From Escherichia coli (GTDB lineage Bacteria > Pseudomonadota > Gammaproteobacteria > Enterobacterales > Enterobacteriaceae), in NCBI RefSeq assembly GCF_003334785.1, contig NZ_QOWV01000003.1: a DNA stretch of 64,000 bases; one strand, given 5' to 3'. The notes beneath the pieces were generated by a model, which did no database searches, was not told the origin of the DNA, and saw only the letters and a list, made by a program, of their open reading frames with translations. This document shows positions 1 through 10,916 of the stretch, one piece after another (position 1 is the first letter of the stretch; every line of letters begins with the position of its first letter). The position numbers were made by a program, and so were the translations under genes.

Positions 1-461
1 CGACCGAACTGTTTGATGAAACTGGCGAGTTCCTCTGCAAGCAGGGTAACGAATTCGGCGCAACTACGGGGCGTCGTCGTCGTACCGGCTGGCTGGACAC
101 CGTTGCCGTTCGTCGTGCGGTACAGCTGAACTCCCTGTCTGGCTTCTGCCTGACTAAACTGGACGTTCTGGATGGCCTGAAAGAGGTTAAACTCTGCGTG
201 GCTTACCGTATGCCGGATGGTCGCGAAGTGACTACCACTCCGCTGGCAGCTGACGACTGGAAAGGTGTAGAGCCGATTTACGAAACCATGCCGGGCTGGT
301 CTGAATCCACCTTCGGCGTGAAAGATCGTAGCGGCCTGCCGCAGGCGGCGCTGAACTATATCAAGCGTATTGAAGAGCTGACTGGTGTGCCGATCGATAT
401 CATCTCTACCGGTCCGGATCGTACTGAAACCATGATTCTGCGCGACCCGTTCGACGCGTAA
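1..461 (+). CDS. purA: adenylosuccinate synthetase, C-terminal part (gene begins upstream of window)
   Basis: Frame open from window edge to TAA at 459-461; translated tail (...[32 protein letters not shown]) recognised as PurA C-terminus; followed by nsrR-rnr as in E. coli. Confidence 0.9.
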
Positions 462-515
462 TTCTGGTACGCCTGGCAGATATTTTGCCTGCCGGGCGAA
501 CAGTGTGATACATTG

Positions 516-550
516 CTGTGTCGGGTAAGCCATTACGCTATCCGACACAG
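516..550 (+). other. 9-bp inverted repeat (CTGTGTCGG ... CCGACACAG, 17-nt loop) in purA-nsrR intergenic region; possible purA terminator or nsrR promoter element
   Basis: Read directly from sequence; T-run lies ~15 nt downstream so not a canonical intrinsic terminator. Confidence 0.3.
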
Positions 551-665
551 TGTTAAATCCTCGCTTTTTTCCTTCCCCGAACTGAAATAAATTAGCGACA
601 CAGCTTGTGGCTGGTTTATCATCAATATAAATGTATTTTTTCCCGATTTCCCTTTTGAGGTTGAT

Positions 666-1091
666 GTGCAGTTAACGAGTTTCACTGATTACGGATTACG
701 TGCGCTGATCTACATGGCGTCATTGCCAGAAGGGCGGATGACCAGTATTTCTGAAGTGACTGACGTCTACGGCGTCTCCCGTAATCATATGGTCAAAATA
801 ATCAATCAACTTAGTCGTGCCGGCTACGTGACTGCTGTTCGTGGAAAAAATGGCGGCATTCGCCTGGGTAAACCGGCGAGTGCGATACGTATTGGTGATG
901 TGGTGCGCGAGCTGGAGCCCTTATCGCTGGTGAATTGCAGCAGTGAGTTTTGCCACATTACACCTGCCTGTAGGTTGAAACAGGCACTTTCTAAGGCCGT
1001 GCAAAGTTTTCTTACGGAACTGGATAACTACACGCTTGCCGATTTGGTTGAAGAGAATCAACCGCTTTATAAATTATTGCTGGTGGAGTGA
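666..1091 (+). CDS. nsrR: Rrf2-family nitric-oxide-sensing transcriptional repressor NsrR
   Basis: 141-aa ORF with GTG start; sequence recognised as NsrR (three C-terminal Cys in ...[12 protein letters not shown]...); position immediately upstream of rnr. Confidence 0.9.
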
Positions 1092-1129
1092 CGAAAATCT
1101 TCATCAGAGATGACAACGGAGGAACCGAG

Positions 1130-3571
1130 ATGTCACAAGATCCTTTCCAGGAACGCGAAGCTGAAAAATACGCGAATCCCATCCCTAGTCGGGAATTTAT
1201 CCTCGAACATTTAACCAAACGTGAAAAACCGGCCAGCCGTGATGAGCTGGCGGTAGAACTGCACATTGAAGGCGAAGAGCAGCTTGAAGGCCTGCGTCGC
1301 CGCCTGCGCGCGATGGAGCGCGATGGTCAACTGGTCTTCACTCGTCGTCAGTGCTATGCGCTGCCGGAACGCCTCGACCTGGTGAAAGGTACCGTTATTG
1401 GCCACCGTGATGGCTACGGCTTTCTGCGGGTTGAAGGGCGTAAAGATGATTTGTATCTCTCCAGCGAGCAGATGAAAACCTGCATTCATGGCGATCAGGT
1501 GCTGGCTCAGCCGCTGGGTGCTGACCGTAAAGGTCGTCGTGAAGCGCGTATTGTCCGCGTACTGGTGCCAAAAACCAGCCAGATTGTTGGTCGCTACTTT
1601 ACCGAAGCGGGCGTCGGCTTTGTGGTTCCTGACGACAGCCGTCTGAGCTTCGATATCTTAATCCCGCCCGATCAGATCATGGGCGCGCGGATGGGCTTTG
1701 TGGTCGTAGTCGAACTGACTCAGCGTCCGACTCGCCGCACCAAAGCGGTGGGTAAAATCGTCGAAGTGCTGGGCGACAATATGGGCACCGGCATGGCGGT
1801 TGATATCGCTCTGCGTACCCATGAAATTCCGTACATCTGGCCGCAGGCTGTTGAGCAACAGGTTGCCGGGCTGAAAGAAGAAGTGCCGGAAGAAGCAAAA
1901 GCGGGCCGTGTTGATCTGCGCGATTTACCGCTGGTCACCATTGATGGCGAAGACGCCCGTGACTTTGACGATGCAGTTTACTGCGAGAAAAAACGCGGCG
2001 GCGGCTGGCGTTTATGGGTCGCGATTGCCGACGTCAGCTACTATGTGCGTCCGTCAACGCCGCTGGACAGAGAAGCGCGTAACCGTGGCACGTCGGTGTA
2101 CTTCCCTTCGCAGGTTATCCCGATGCTGCCGGAAGTGCTCTCTAACGGCCTGTGTTCGCTCAACCCGCAGGTAGACCGCCTGTGTATGGTGTGCGAGATG
2201 ACGGTTTCGTCGAAAGGCCGCCTGACGGGCTACAAATTCTACGAAGCGGTGATGAGCTCTCACGCGCGTCTGACCTACACCAAAGTCTGGCATATTCTGC
2301 AGGGCGATCAGGATCTGCGCGAGCAGTACGCCCCGCTGGTTAAGCATCTCGAAGAGTTGCATAACCTCTATAAAGTGCTGGATAAAGCCCGTGAAGAACG
2401 CGGTGGGATCTCATTTGAGAGCGAAGAAGCGAAGTTCATTTTCAACGCTGAACGCCGTATTGAACGTATCGAACAGACCCAGCGTAACGACGCGCACAAA
2501 TTAATTGAAGAGTGCATGATTCTGGCGAATATCTCGGCGGCGCGTTTCGTTGAGAAAGCGAAAGAACCGGCACTGTTCCGTATTCACGACAAGCCGAGCA
2601 CCGAAGCGATTACCTCTTTCCGTTCAGTGCTGGCGGAGCTGGGGCTGGAACTGCCGGGCGGTAACAAGCCGGAACCGCGTGACTACGCGGAGCTGCTGGA
2701 GTCGGTTGCCGATCGTCCTGATGCAGAAATGCTGCAAACCATGCTGCTGCGCTCGATGAAACAGGCGATTTACGATCCAGAAAACCGTGGTCACTTTGGC
2801 CTGGCATTGCAGTCCTATGCGCACTTTACTTCGCCGATTCGTCGTTATCCAGACCTGACGCTGCACCGCGCCATTAAATATCTGCTGGCGAAAGAGCAGG
2901 GGCATCAGGGCAACACCACTGAAACCGGCGGCTACCATTATTCGATGGAAGAGATGCTGCAACTGGGTCAGCACTGTTCGATGGCGGAACGTCGTGCCGA
3001 CGAAGCAACGCGCGATGTGGCTGACTGGCTGAAGTGTGACTTCATGCTCGACCAGGTAGGTAACGTCTTTAAAGGCGTAATTTCCAGCGTCACTGGCTTT
3101 GGCTTCTTCGTCCGTTTGGACGACTTGTTCATTGATGGTCTGGTCCATGTCTCTTCGCTGGACAATGACTACTATCGCTTTGACCAGGTAGGGCAACGCC
3201 TGATGGGGGAATCCAGCGGCCAGACTTATCGCCTGGGCGATCGCGTGGAAGTTCGCGTCGAAGCGGTTAATATGGACGAGCGCAAAATCGACTTTAGCCT
3301 GATCTCCAGCGAACGCGCACCGCGCAACGTCGGTAAAACGGCGCGCGAGAAAGCGAAAAAAGGCGATGCAGGTAAAAAAGGCGGCAAGCGTCGTCAGGTC
3401 GGTAAAAAGGTAAACTTTGAGCCAGACAGCGCCTTCCGCGGTGAGAAAAAAACGAAGCCGAAAGCGGCGAAGAAAGACGCGAGAAAAGCGAAAAAGCCAT
3501 CGGCGAAAACGCAGAAAATAGCTGCAGCGACCAAAGCGAAGCGTGCGGCGAAGAAAAAAGTGGCAGAGTGA
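1130..3571 (+). CDS. rnr: ribonuclease R (3'-5' exoribonuclease) with lysine-rich C-terminal tail
   Basis: 813-aa product from ATG at 1130 preceded by GGAGG; ORF-track start at 1088 is an upstream in-frame extension; RNB-family sequence recognised. Confidence 0.93.
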   Translation: MSQDPFQEREAEKYANPIPSREFILEHLTKREKPASRDELAVELHIEGEEQLEGLRRRLRAMERDGQLVFTRRQCYALPERLDLVKGTVIGHRDGYGFLRVEGRKDDLYLSSEQMKTCIHGDQVLAQPLGADRKGRREARIVRVLVPKTSQIVGRYFTEAGVGFVVPDDSRLSFDILIPPDQIMGARMGFVVVVELTQRPTRRTKAVGKIVEVLGDNMGTGMAVDIALRTHEIPYIWPQAVEQQVAGLKEEVPEEAKAGRVDLRDLPLVTIDGEDARDFDDAVYCEKKRGGGWRLWVAIADVSYYVRPSTPLDREARNRGTSVYFPSQVIPMLPEVLSNGLCSLNPQVDRLCMVCEMTVSSKGRLTGYKFYEAVMSSHARLTYTKVWHILQGDQDLREQYAPLVKHLEELHNLYKVLDKAREERGGISFESEEAKFIFNAERRIERIEQTQRNDAHKLIEECMILANISAARFVEKAKEPALFRIHDKPSTEAITSFRSVLAELGLELPGGNKPEPRDYAELLESVADRPDAEMLQTMLLRSMKQAIYDPENRGHFGLALQSYAHFTSPIRRYPDLTLHRAIKYLLAKEQGHQGNTTETGGYHYSMEEMLQLGQHCSMAERRADEATRDVADWLKCDFMLDQVGNVFKGVISSVTGFGFFVRLDDLFIDGLVHVSSLDNDYYRFDQVGQRLMGESSGQTYRLGDRVEVRVEAVNMDERKIDFSLISSERAPRNVGKTAREKAKKGDAGKKGGKRRQVGKKVNFEPDSAFRGEKKTKPKAAKKDARKAKKPSAKTQKIAAATKAKRAAKKKVAE

Positions 3572-3628
3572 TCAATACCCTCTTTAAAAGAAGAGGGTTA
3601 GATTGCTGACAAAATGCGCTTTGTTCAT

Positions 3629-3726
3629 GCCGGATGCGGCGTGAACGCCTTATCCGGCCTACATAATCACGCAAATTCAATATATTGCAGAGATCATGTA
3701 GGCCGGATAAACGTAGTGCATCAGGC
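3629..3726. repeat. REP/BIME-type palindromic repeats (GCCGGATGCGGCG...CTTATCCGGCCTAC and inverted copy)
   Basis: Characteristic REP consensus strings seen in rnr-rlmB intergenic region. Confidence 0.75.
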
Positions 3727-3750
3727 AAAACGTAAACAACGAGTACATTA

Positions 3751-4482
3751 ATGAGCGAAATGATTTACGGCATCCACGCAGTGCAGGCCCTGCTGGAGCG
3801 CGCCCCTGAACGTTTTCAGGAAGTCTTTATTTTAAAAGGCCGTGAAGATAAACGTCTGTTACCGCTGATTCACGCCCTTGAGTCTCAGGGCGTGGTTATC
3901 CAGTTGGCAAACCGCCAATATCTCGACGAGAAAAGCGACGGTGCCGTGCATCAGGGCATTATCGCCCGCGTGAAGCCAGGACGTCAGTATCAGGAAAACG
4001 ATCTGCCGGATCTGATCGCTTCGCTCGATCAACCGTTCCTGCTGATCCTCGACGGCGTAACCGATCCGCACAACCTCGGCGCGTGCCTGCGTAGTGCGGA
4101 CGCCGCAGGCGTTCATGCGGTGATTGTGCCGAAAGATCGCTCCGCACAGCTCAACGCTACGGCGAAAAAAGTAGCCTGCGGCGCGGCAGAAAGCGTTCCG
4201 CTGATTCGGGTGACTAACCTTGCGCGCACCATGCGTATGTTGCAGGAAGAGAATATCTGGATCGTCGGTACGGCAGGCGAGGCGGATCATACACTCTATC
4301 AGAGCAAAATGACCGGACGCCTGGCGCTGGTGATGGGTGCGGAAGGTGAAGGTATGCGTCGCCTGACTCGTGAACATTGCGATGAGTTGATCAGCATCCC
4401 GATGGCTGGAAGCGTTTCTTCCCTGAACGTTTCGGTTGCGACCGGAATTTGCTTATTTGAAGCGGTGCGCCAGCGCAGCTAA
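3751..4482 (+). CDS. rlmB: 23S rRNA (guanosine2251-2'-O)-methyltransferase
   Basis: 243-aa ORF recognised as RlmB (SpoU family); gene order after rnr. Confidence 0.92.
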
Positions 4483-4502
4483 TTTCTCAGAATTATGAAA
4501 AG

Positions 4503-4529
4503 CCATCCAGATTTGGATGGTTTTTTTTT
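4503..4529 (+). terminator. rho-independent terminator after rlmB
   Basis: Stem CCATCCA/TGGATGG followed by T9 run. Confidence 0.75.
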
Positions 4530-4608
4530 GTCTATAGCTGGTAAGATAATTACGTATTGCAAATATTCATTTTATTAATATTTAAACTTAATCTATATGG
4601 AATAATAT

Positions 4609-5010
4609 ATGACATGGAATCCGTTGGCGCTAGCGACGGCGCTGCAAACTGTACCTGAACAAAATATTGATGTAACAAATAGCGAGAACGCATTAATTAT
4701 TAAAATGAATGATTATGGCGATTTGCAAATCAATATTCTTTTTACTTCCCGCCAAATGATTATCGAAACCTTTATTTGTCCGGTGAGTAGTATCAGCAAT
4801 CCAGATGAATTTAATACCTTCTTATTAAGAAATCAGAAGATGATGCCGTTGTCATCGGTAGGGATCTCCAGCGTACAACAGGAAGAGTATTACATTGTTT
4901 TCGGGGCGTTATCGCTTAAATCTTCTCTTGAAGATATCCTGCTTGAGATAACCTCGCTGGTAGATAACGCATTGGATCTGGCTGAAATTACAGAAGAATA
5001 TTCACACTAA
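4609..5010 (+). CDS. yjfI: DUF2170-family protein YjfI
   Basis: 133-aa ORF recognised as YjfI; first gene of yjfIJKLMC cluster. Confidence 0.85.
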   Translation: MTWNPLALATALQTVPEQNIDVTNSENALIIKMNDYGDLQINILFTSRQMIIETFICPVSSISNPDEFNTFLLRNQKMMPLSSVGISSVQQEEYYIVFGALSLKSSLEDILLEITSLVDNALDLAEITEEYSH

Positions 5011-5028
5011 TTACAAGGACGGGTATTT

Positions 5029-5727
5029 ATGGGAATTTTAAAAAGTTTATTTACGCTGGGGAAATCGTTTATCTCCCAGGCGGAAGAATCCATTGAAGAA
5101 ACCCAGGGCGTGCGCATGCTGGAACAGCATATTCGTGACGCTAAAGCTGAACTCGATAAAGCCGGAAAATCTCGCGTTGATCTGCTGGCGCGGGTGAAAT
5201 TAAGTCACGATAAGCTGAAAGATTTACGTGAGCGCAAAGCCAGTCTGGAAGCCCGTGCGCTGGAAGCGTTAAGCAAGAACGTTAATCCGTCGTTGATTAA
5301 CGAAGTTGCTGAAGAAATCGCGCGCCTTGAGAATCTCATTACCGCTGAAGAGCAAGTGTTGTCGAATCTGGAAGTCTCCCGTGATGGCGTGGAAAAAGCA
5401 GTTACAGCGACAGCGCAGCGTATCGCTCAGTTTGAGCAGCAAATGGAAGTCGTTAAAGCCACTGAAGCCATGCAGCGTGCACAACAGGCTGTAACAACCT
5501 CTACCGTTGGCGCATCTTCCAGCGTTTCGACAGCGGCAGAATCCTTAAAACGCCTGCAAACGCGTCAGGCCGAACGTCAGGCTCGCCTGGATGCTGCCGC
5601 ACAGTTGGAGAAAGTCGCAGACGGTCGCGACCTTGACGAAAAGCTGGCGGAAGCCGGAATTGGCGGTAGCAATAAAAGTAGCGCCCAGGATGTATTAGCA
5701 AGACTGCAACGCCAACAGGGCGAGTAA
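5029..5727 (+). CDS. yjfJ: PspA/IM30-family protein YjfJ
   Basis: 232-aa coiled-coil-rich ORF recognised as YjfJ (PspA paralog). Confidence 0.88.
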   Translation: MGILKSLFTLGKSFISQAEESIEETQGVRMLEQHIRDAKAELDKAGKSRVDLLARVKLSHDKLKDLRERKASLEARALEALSKNVNPSLINEVAEEIARLENLITAEEQVLSNLEVSRDGVEKAVTATAQRIAQFEQQMEVVKATEAMQRAQQAVTTSTVGASSSVSTAAESLKRLQTRQAERQARLDAAAQLEKVADGRDLDEKLAEAGIGGSNKSSAQDVLARLQRQQGE

Positions 5728-5777
5728 TTTTTTTGCCAGCCTCGCTAAAAGGCTGGCAACTATTTTAAGGATAAAAT

Positions 5778-6437
5778 ATGTCTGGTTTTTTCCAGCGTCT
5801 GTTTGGCAAGGATAATAAGCCAGCTATCGCTCGTGGTCCGCTGGGACTTCATCTCAATAGTGGCTTTACGCTCGACACGTTAGCGTTTCGTTTGCTGGAA
5901 GATGAATTGCTGATTGCGCTGCCGGGTGAGGAATTTACGGTAGCCGCCGTCAGCCACATCGATCTGGGCGGCGGTAGTCAGATTTTCCGCTACTACACTT
6001 CAGGCGATGAGTTTCTGCAAATCAATACCACCGGCGGCGAAGATATTGATGACATTGATGATATCAAGCTCTTTGTCTATGAAGAGAGCTACGGTATCAG
6101 TAAAGAGAGTCACTGGCGCGAGGCGATCAACGCCAAAGCGATGGGAGCAATGACCTTAAACTGGCAGGAAAAACGCTGGCAGCGATTTTTTAACAGCGAA
6201 GAACCGGGAAATATCGAACCCGTCTACATGCTGGAAAAAGTAGAAAATCAAAACCATGCCAAATGGGAGGTCCATAATTTTACCATGGGCTACCAACGGC
6301 AAGTAACCGAAGATACTTACGAATATTTGCTGCTAAATGGTGAGGAATCTTTTAACGATCTCGGCGAGCCAGAGTGGTTATTTTCGCGCGCGTTGGGTGT
6401 CGATATCCCGCTGACATCACTTCATATTATTGGTTAA
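5778..6437 (+). CDS. yjfK: DUF2491-family protein YjfK
   Basis: 219-aa ORF recognised as YjfK. Confidence 0.85.
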   Translation: MSGFFQRLFGKDNKPAIARGPLGLHLNSGFTLDTLAFRLLEDELLIALPGEEFTVAAVSHIDLGGGSQIFRYYTSGDEFLQINTTGGEDIDDIDDIKLFVYEESYGISKESHWREAINAKAMGAMTLNWQEKRWQRFFNSEEPGNIEPVYMLEKVENQNHAKWEVHNFTMGYQRQVTEDTYEYLLLNGEESFNDLGEPEWLFSRALGVDIPLTSLHIIG

Positions 6438-6454
6438 TTACAAGGACGTTTACA

Positions 6455-6853
6455 ATGCATATACTGGATTCACTTCTTGCCTTTAGCGCCTATTTTTTTA
6501 TTGGCGTGGCTATGGTGATTATTTTTCTGTTTATCTATTCTAAAATTACACCGCACAACGAATGGCAGTTAATCAAAAACAATAATACCGCGGCGTCACT
6601 GGCGTTCAGCGGTACATTGTTGGGTTACGTTATCCCCTTATCCAGTGCGGCAATCAATGCGGTGAGTATTCCAGACTATTTCGCCTGGGGCGGGATTGCA
6701 CTGGTGATTCAGTTACTCGTTTTTGCTGGTGTCAGACTTTATATGCCCGCATTAAGCGAAAAAATTATTAATCACAATACCGCAGCAGGAATGTTTATGG
6801 GAACCGCCGCGCTGGCTGGCGGTATTTTTAACGCAGCTTGTATGACATGGTAA
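6455..6853 (+). CDS. yjfL: DUF350-family inner membrane protein YjfL
   Basis: Hydrophobic ~132-aa product from ATG at 6455 with AGGA RBS; ORF-track start at 6374 is an upstream extension. Confidence 0.82.
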   Translation: MHILDSLLAFSAYFFIGVAMVIIFLFIYSKITPHNEWQLIKNNNTAASLAFSGTLLGYVIPLSSAAINAVSIPDYFAWGGIALVIQLLVFAGVRLYMPALSEKIINHNTAAGMFMGTAALAGGIFNAACMTW

Positions 6854-6862
6854 TGGACGATC

Positions 6863-7501
6863 ATGGCCAGAAAACGCAAATCAAGAAATAACAGTAAAAT
6901 TGGTCACGGAGCGATTAGTCGCATTGGTAGACCGAATAATCCTTTTGAACCGCGTCGCAATCGCTACGCACAAAAATACTTAACGTTGGCGCTAATGGGC
7001 GGTGCCGCTTTTTTCGTATTGAAAGGTTGTAGCGATAGTAGCGATGTCGATAACGACGGCGACGGAACGTTTTACGCGACAGTGCAGGATTGTATTGATG
7101 ACGGTAATAATGCCGACATTTGCGCGCGTGGCTGGAACAACGCCAAAACGGCATTTTATGCCGATGTTCCGAAGAATATGACTCAGCAGAACTGTCAGTC
7201 TAAGTACGAAAATTGCTACTACGACAATGTTGAACAGAGTTGGATCCCGGTCGTTTCTGGATTTTTGTTAAGCCGGGTTATTCGTAAAGATCGCGATGAG
7301 CCGTTTGTTTATAACAGCGGCGGTTCCTCTTTTGCTTCGCGCCCAGTCTGGCGCAGCACTTCTGGTGATTACTCTTGGCGCTCCGGTTCTGGCAAAAAAG
7401 AGTCTTACTCTTCGGGCGGCTTTACCACCAAAAAAGCGTCTACCGTTTCTCGCGGCGGCTATGGTCGTTCTTCCAGCGCCCGTGGGCATTGGGGAGGCTA
7501 A
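6863..7501 (+). CDS. yjfM: DUF1190-family protein YjfM
   Basis: 212-aa ORF recognised as YjfM; Ser/Gly-rich C-terminus. Confidence 0.82.
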   Translation: MARKRKSRNNSKIGHGAISRIGRPNNPFEPRRNRYAQKYLTLALMGGAAFFVLKGCSDSSDVDNDGDGTFYATVQDCIDDGNNADICARGWNNAKTAFYADVPKNMTQQNCQSKYENCYYDNVEQSWIPVVSGFLLSRVIRKDRDEPFVYNSGGSSFASRPVWRSTSGDYSWRSGSGKKESYSSGGFTTKKASTVSRGGYGRSSSARGHWGG

Positions 7502-7503
7502 TC

Positions 7504-8667
7504 ATGCTGAGACACAACGTTCCTGTGCGACGGGATCTGGACCAGATCGCCGCTGACAACGGTTTCGACTTTCATATCATCGACAATGAAATCTATTGGG
7601 ATGAGAGTCGGGCTTACCGTTTTACTCTGCGCCAGATTGAAGAGCAGATCGAAAAACCGACTGCGGAACTGCATCAGATGTGCCTTGAGGTGGTGGATCG
7701 CGCGGTAAAAGATGAAGAGATCCTGACGCAACTGGCGATCCCGCCGTTGTACTGGGATGTGATCGCTGAAAGCTGGCGCGCCCGCGATCCTTCGCTGTAT
7801 GGACGGATGGATTTTGCCTGGTGTGGCAATGCGCCGGTGAAGCTGCTGGAGTACAACGCCGATACGCCAACTTCATTGTACGAGTCGGCTTATTTCCAGT
7901 GGCTGTGGCTGGAGGATGCCCGGCGCAGCGGCATTATTCCGCGTGATGCCGATCAGTACAATGCTATTCAGGAACGCCTGATTTCACGCTTTAGCGAGCT
8001 TTACAGTCGGGAACCGTTTTATTTTTGCTGCTGTCAGGACACCGATGAAGACAGGAGTACCGTGCTGTACTTGCAGGACTGCGCCCAGCAGGCAGGGCAG
8101 GAGTCGCGGTTTATCTACATTGAAGATCTCGGTTTGGGCGTCGGCGGCGTACTGACCGATCTTGATGATAATGTCATCCAGCGTGCATTTAAGCTGTATC
8201 CGCTGGAGTGGATGATGCGTGACGATAACGGTCCGCTGCTGCGCAAGCGTCGCGAGCAATGGGTGGAGCCGTTATGGAAAAGTATCTTGAGTAATAAAGG
8301 GCTAATGCCGCTGCTTTGGCGCTTCTTCCCTGGTCATCCTAACCTTCTTGCATCCTGGTTTGAGGGTGAAAAATCGCAGATTGCCGCTGGCGAAAGCTAT
8401 GTGCGTAAACCGCTCTACTCGCGCGAAGGCGGAAATGTCACCATTTTCGACGGCCAGAATAACGTCGTTGACCACGCTGATGGTGATTACGCCGATGAAC
8501 CGATGATCTACCAGGCGTTTCAACCTCTGCCGCGGTTTGGCGATAGCTACACACTCATCGGTAGCTGGATTGTCGATGATGAAGCGTGCGGAATGGGGAT
8601 CCGTGAAGATAACACACTGATCACCAAAGACACCTCACGTTTCGTTCCGCATTACATTGCTGGATAA
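7504..8667 (+). CDS. yjfC: glutathionylspermidine-synthase-like ATP-grasp protein YjfC
   Basis: 387-aa product from ATG at 7504 (GGAGG RBS, 2 nt after yjfM stop); ORF-track start at 7375 is an extension overlapping yjfM. Confidence 0.85.
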   Translation: MLRHNVPVRRDLDQIAADNGFDFHIIDNEIYWDESRAYRFTLRQIEEQIEKPTAELHQMCLEVVDRAVKDEEILTQLAIPPLYWDVIAESWRARDPSLYGRMDFAWCGNAPVKLLEYNADTPTSLYESAYFQWLWLEDARRSGIIPRDADQYNAIQERLISRFSELYSREPFYFCCCQDTDEDRSTVLYLQDCAQQAGQESRFIYIEDLGLGVGGVLTDLDDNVIQRAFKLYPLEWMMRDDNGPLLRKRREQWVEPLWKSILSNKGLMPLLWRFFPGHPNLLASWFEGEKSQIAAGESYVRKPLYSREGGNVTIFDGQNNVVDHADGDYADEPMIYQAFQPLPRFGDSYTLIGSWIVDDEACGMGIREDNTLITKDTSRFVPHYIAG

Positions 8668-8750
8668 GAATGTTTTAGCAATCTCTTTCTGTCATGAATC
8701 CATGGCAGTGACCATACTAATGGTGACTGCCATTGATGGAGGGAGACACA

Positions 8751-10376
8751 GTGCACTGGCAAACTCACACCGTTTTTAATCAACCTATACCATTAAATAA
8801 CAGCAACTTATACCTGTCTGATGGCGCGCTCTGCGAAGCGGTAACGCGTGAAGGTGCTGGCTGGGATAGCGATTTTCTAGCCAGTATTGGTCAGCAGTTA
8901 GGAACGGCTGAATCCCTTGAACTGGGGCGGCTGGCGAATGTGAATCCGCCTGAATTATTGCGCTACGATGCGCAAGGACGCCGTCTGGACGATGTGCGTT
9001 TTCACCCCGCCTGGCACCTGCTGATGCAGGCGCTATGTACCAATCGGGTGCACAATCTTGCCTGGGAAGAAGACGCTCGCTCCGGCGCATTTGTGGCGCG
9101 CGCGGCGCGTTTTATGTTACATGCGCAGGTTGAGGCAGGGTCGTTATGTCCGATAACCATGACCTTTGCCGCCACGCCATTGTTGTTACAGATGTTACCC
9201 GCGCCGTTTCAGGACTGGACCACGCCGCTATTGAGCGATCGCTACGATTCTCACTTATTGCCAGGTGGGCAAAAACGCGGTTTGTTGATTGGCATGGGAA
9301 TGACGGAAAAGCAGGGCGGTTCCGATGTTATGAGCAACACCACCCGTGCAGAGCGTCTGGAAGATGGCTCTTATCGGCTGGTGGGGCATAAATGGTTTTT
9401 CTCGGTTCCGCAAAGCGATGCGCATCTGGTGCTGGCGCAGACCGCGGGTGGTCTGTCCTGCTTTTTTGTGCCGCGCTTTTTGCCTGACGGGCAACGCAAC
9501 GCGATTCGCCTCGAGCGGCTGAAAGATAAGCTGGGTAATCGCTCTAACGCCAGTTGCGAAGTGGAGTTTCAGGATGCCATTGGTTGGTTGTTGGGGCAGG
9601 AAGGGGAAGGAATTCGTCTGATCCTGAAAATGGGTGGGATGACGCGTTTTGATTGCGCCCTGGGTAGCCATGCCATGATGCGCCGTGCATTTTCGCTGGC
9701 GATTTATCATGCACATCAACGCCATGTTTTTGGTAATCCATTGATCCAACAGCCCCTTATGCGTCATGTCTTAAGTCGCATGGCACTTCAGCTTGAAGGG
9801 CAAACGGCGTTGCTGTTTCGTCTTGCGCGAGCGTGGGACCGGCGTGCCGATGCCAAAGAAGCCCTGTGGGCGCGTTTATTTACGCCTGCGGCAAAATTTG
9901 TGATCTGCAAAAGAGGTATGCCGTTTGTGGCCGAAGCGATGGAGGTGCTGGGCGGCATTGGTTATTGCGAGGAGAGCGAGCTGCCGCGGCTTTACCGGGA
10001 GATGCCGGTAAACAGTATTTGGGAAGGTTCCGGCAATATTATGTGCCTGGATGTGTTGCGCGTTCTCAATAAGCAAGCGGGCGTATACGACTTATTGTCG
10101 GAAGCATTTGTGGAAGTGAAAGGGCAGGATCGCTATTTTGATCGCGCGGTTCGTCGTTTACAGCAGCAGCTGCGTAAGCCAGCTGAAGAACTGGGGCGAG
10201 AGATTACTCATCAGCTATTCCTGCTGGGCTGCGGTGCGCAAATGTTGAAATATGCTTCTCCGCCAATGGCGCAGGCGTGGTGTCAGGTGATGTTAGATAC
10301 GCGCGGCGGCGTACGGTTGTCAGAGCAGATCCAGAATGATTTATTGCTGCGGGCGACGGGGGGAGTGTGTGTGTAA
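8751..10376 (+). CDS. aidB: adaptive-response protein AidB (acyl-CoA dehydrogenase family)
   Basis: 541-aa product from GTG at 8751 preceded by GGAGGG; sequence recognised as AidB. Confidence 0.9.
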   Translation: MHWQTHTVFNQPIPLNNSNLYLSDGALCEAVTREGAGWDSDFLASIGQQLGTAESLELGRLANVNPPELLRYDAQGRRLDDVRFHPAWHLLMQALCTNRVHNLAWEEDARSGAFVARAARFMLHAQVEAGSLCPITMTFAATPLLLQMLPAPFQDWTTPLLSDRYDSHLLPGGQKRGLLIGMGMTEKQGGSDVMSNTTRAERLEDGSYRLVGHKWFFSVPQSDAHLVLAQTAGGLSCFFVPRFLPDGQRNAIRLERLKDKLGNRSNASCEVEFQDAIGWLLGQEGEGIRLILKMGGMTRFDCALGSHAMMRRAFSLAIYHAHQRHVFGNPLIQQPLMRHVLSRMALQLEGQTALLFRLARAWDRRADAKEALWARLFTPAAKFVICKRGMPFVAEAMEVLGGIGYCEESELPRLYREMPVNSIWEGSGNIMCLDVLRVLNKQAGVYDLLSEAFVEVKGQDRYFDRAVRRLQQQLRKPAEELGREITHQLFLLGCGAQMLKYASPPMAQAWCQVMLDTRGGVRLSEQIQNDLLLRATGGVCV

Positions 10377-10433
10377 GCGTATACGACTGATGCGACGCTG
10401 GTTTCGATTAACTAAATGAAATATGTGAAAATT

Positions 10434-10471
10434 GTAGGCCGGACAAGGCGCTCGCGCCGCATCCGGCATTG
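10434..10471. repeat. REP element downstream of aidB
   Basis: GTAGGCCGGACAAGGCGCTCGCGCCGCATCCGGCA matches REP consensus. Confidence 0.7.
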
Positions 10472-10492
10472 TTCATTTGCTGTAGATGACAC

Positions 10493-10768
10493 TCATGCAT
10501 ACAGTATCGCCTGTACGCGCCAGTTATCAGGCTGCTGGTCTTCGTACATGGTAATAATGCGGTACCATGACGCACCTTGTTCATCGGCCTTTAACGCCAC
10601 GATACGTTCCACGTCCTGCGGATCCCCTGAAATATTGCTAACTGAGATCTGACCTATTTCATTCAGGCCCGTCACGCAGTCAGCACTGGCGAATTCTGCA
10701 GACTGTGCCGTGGCGCTCGCAGGATAAGTCACTAATTGCAGCGAGGGTGAGGCAAGTAATTGTTTCAT
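10493..10768 (-). CDS. yjfN: DUF1471-family periplasmic protein YjfN
   Basis: 91-aa product from internal ATG (10768) with signal peptide; recognised as YjfN. Confidence 0.82.
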   Translation of the reverse strand: MKQLLASPSLQLVTYPASATAQSAEFASADCVTGLNEIGQISVSNISGDPQDVERIVALKADEQGASWYRIITMYEDQQPDNWRVQAILYA

Positions 10769-10916
10769 CGTCAGCTCCATTTTTCGTTTCCCCACATGTT
10801 GCAGGGCATTCCATCGCGGTAATAAACGCCCAGGCTTCCAGCCGGTAATTTATTGTGCACAGGTAAACGCATAGGGACGCAAAGCAATGTAAAGCTGACT
10901 ATGTAAGTTGTCTGAT

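Noticed and set aside
1088-1129. N-terminal extension of rnr in the ORF track
   Set aside because: Recognised RNase R N-terminus begins at the ATG at 1130, which has a GGAGG RBS; the upstream extension overlaps nsrR.
2624-3196. 190-aa minus-strand ORF inside rnr
   Set aside because: Antisense shadow of RNase R coding region.
3294-3728. 144-aa minus-strand ORF spanning rnr 3' end and the REP cluster
   Set aside because: Runs through REP repeats and antisense to rnr; Ser/Leu/Arg-rich translation typical of noise.
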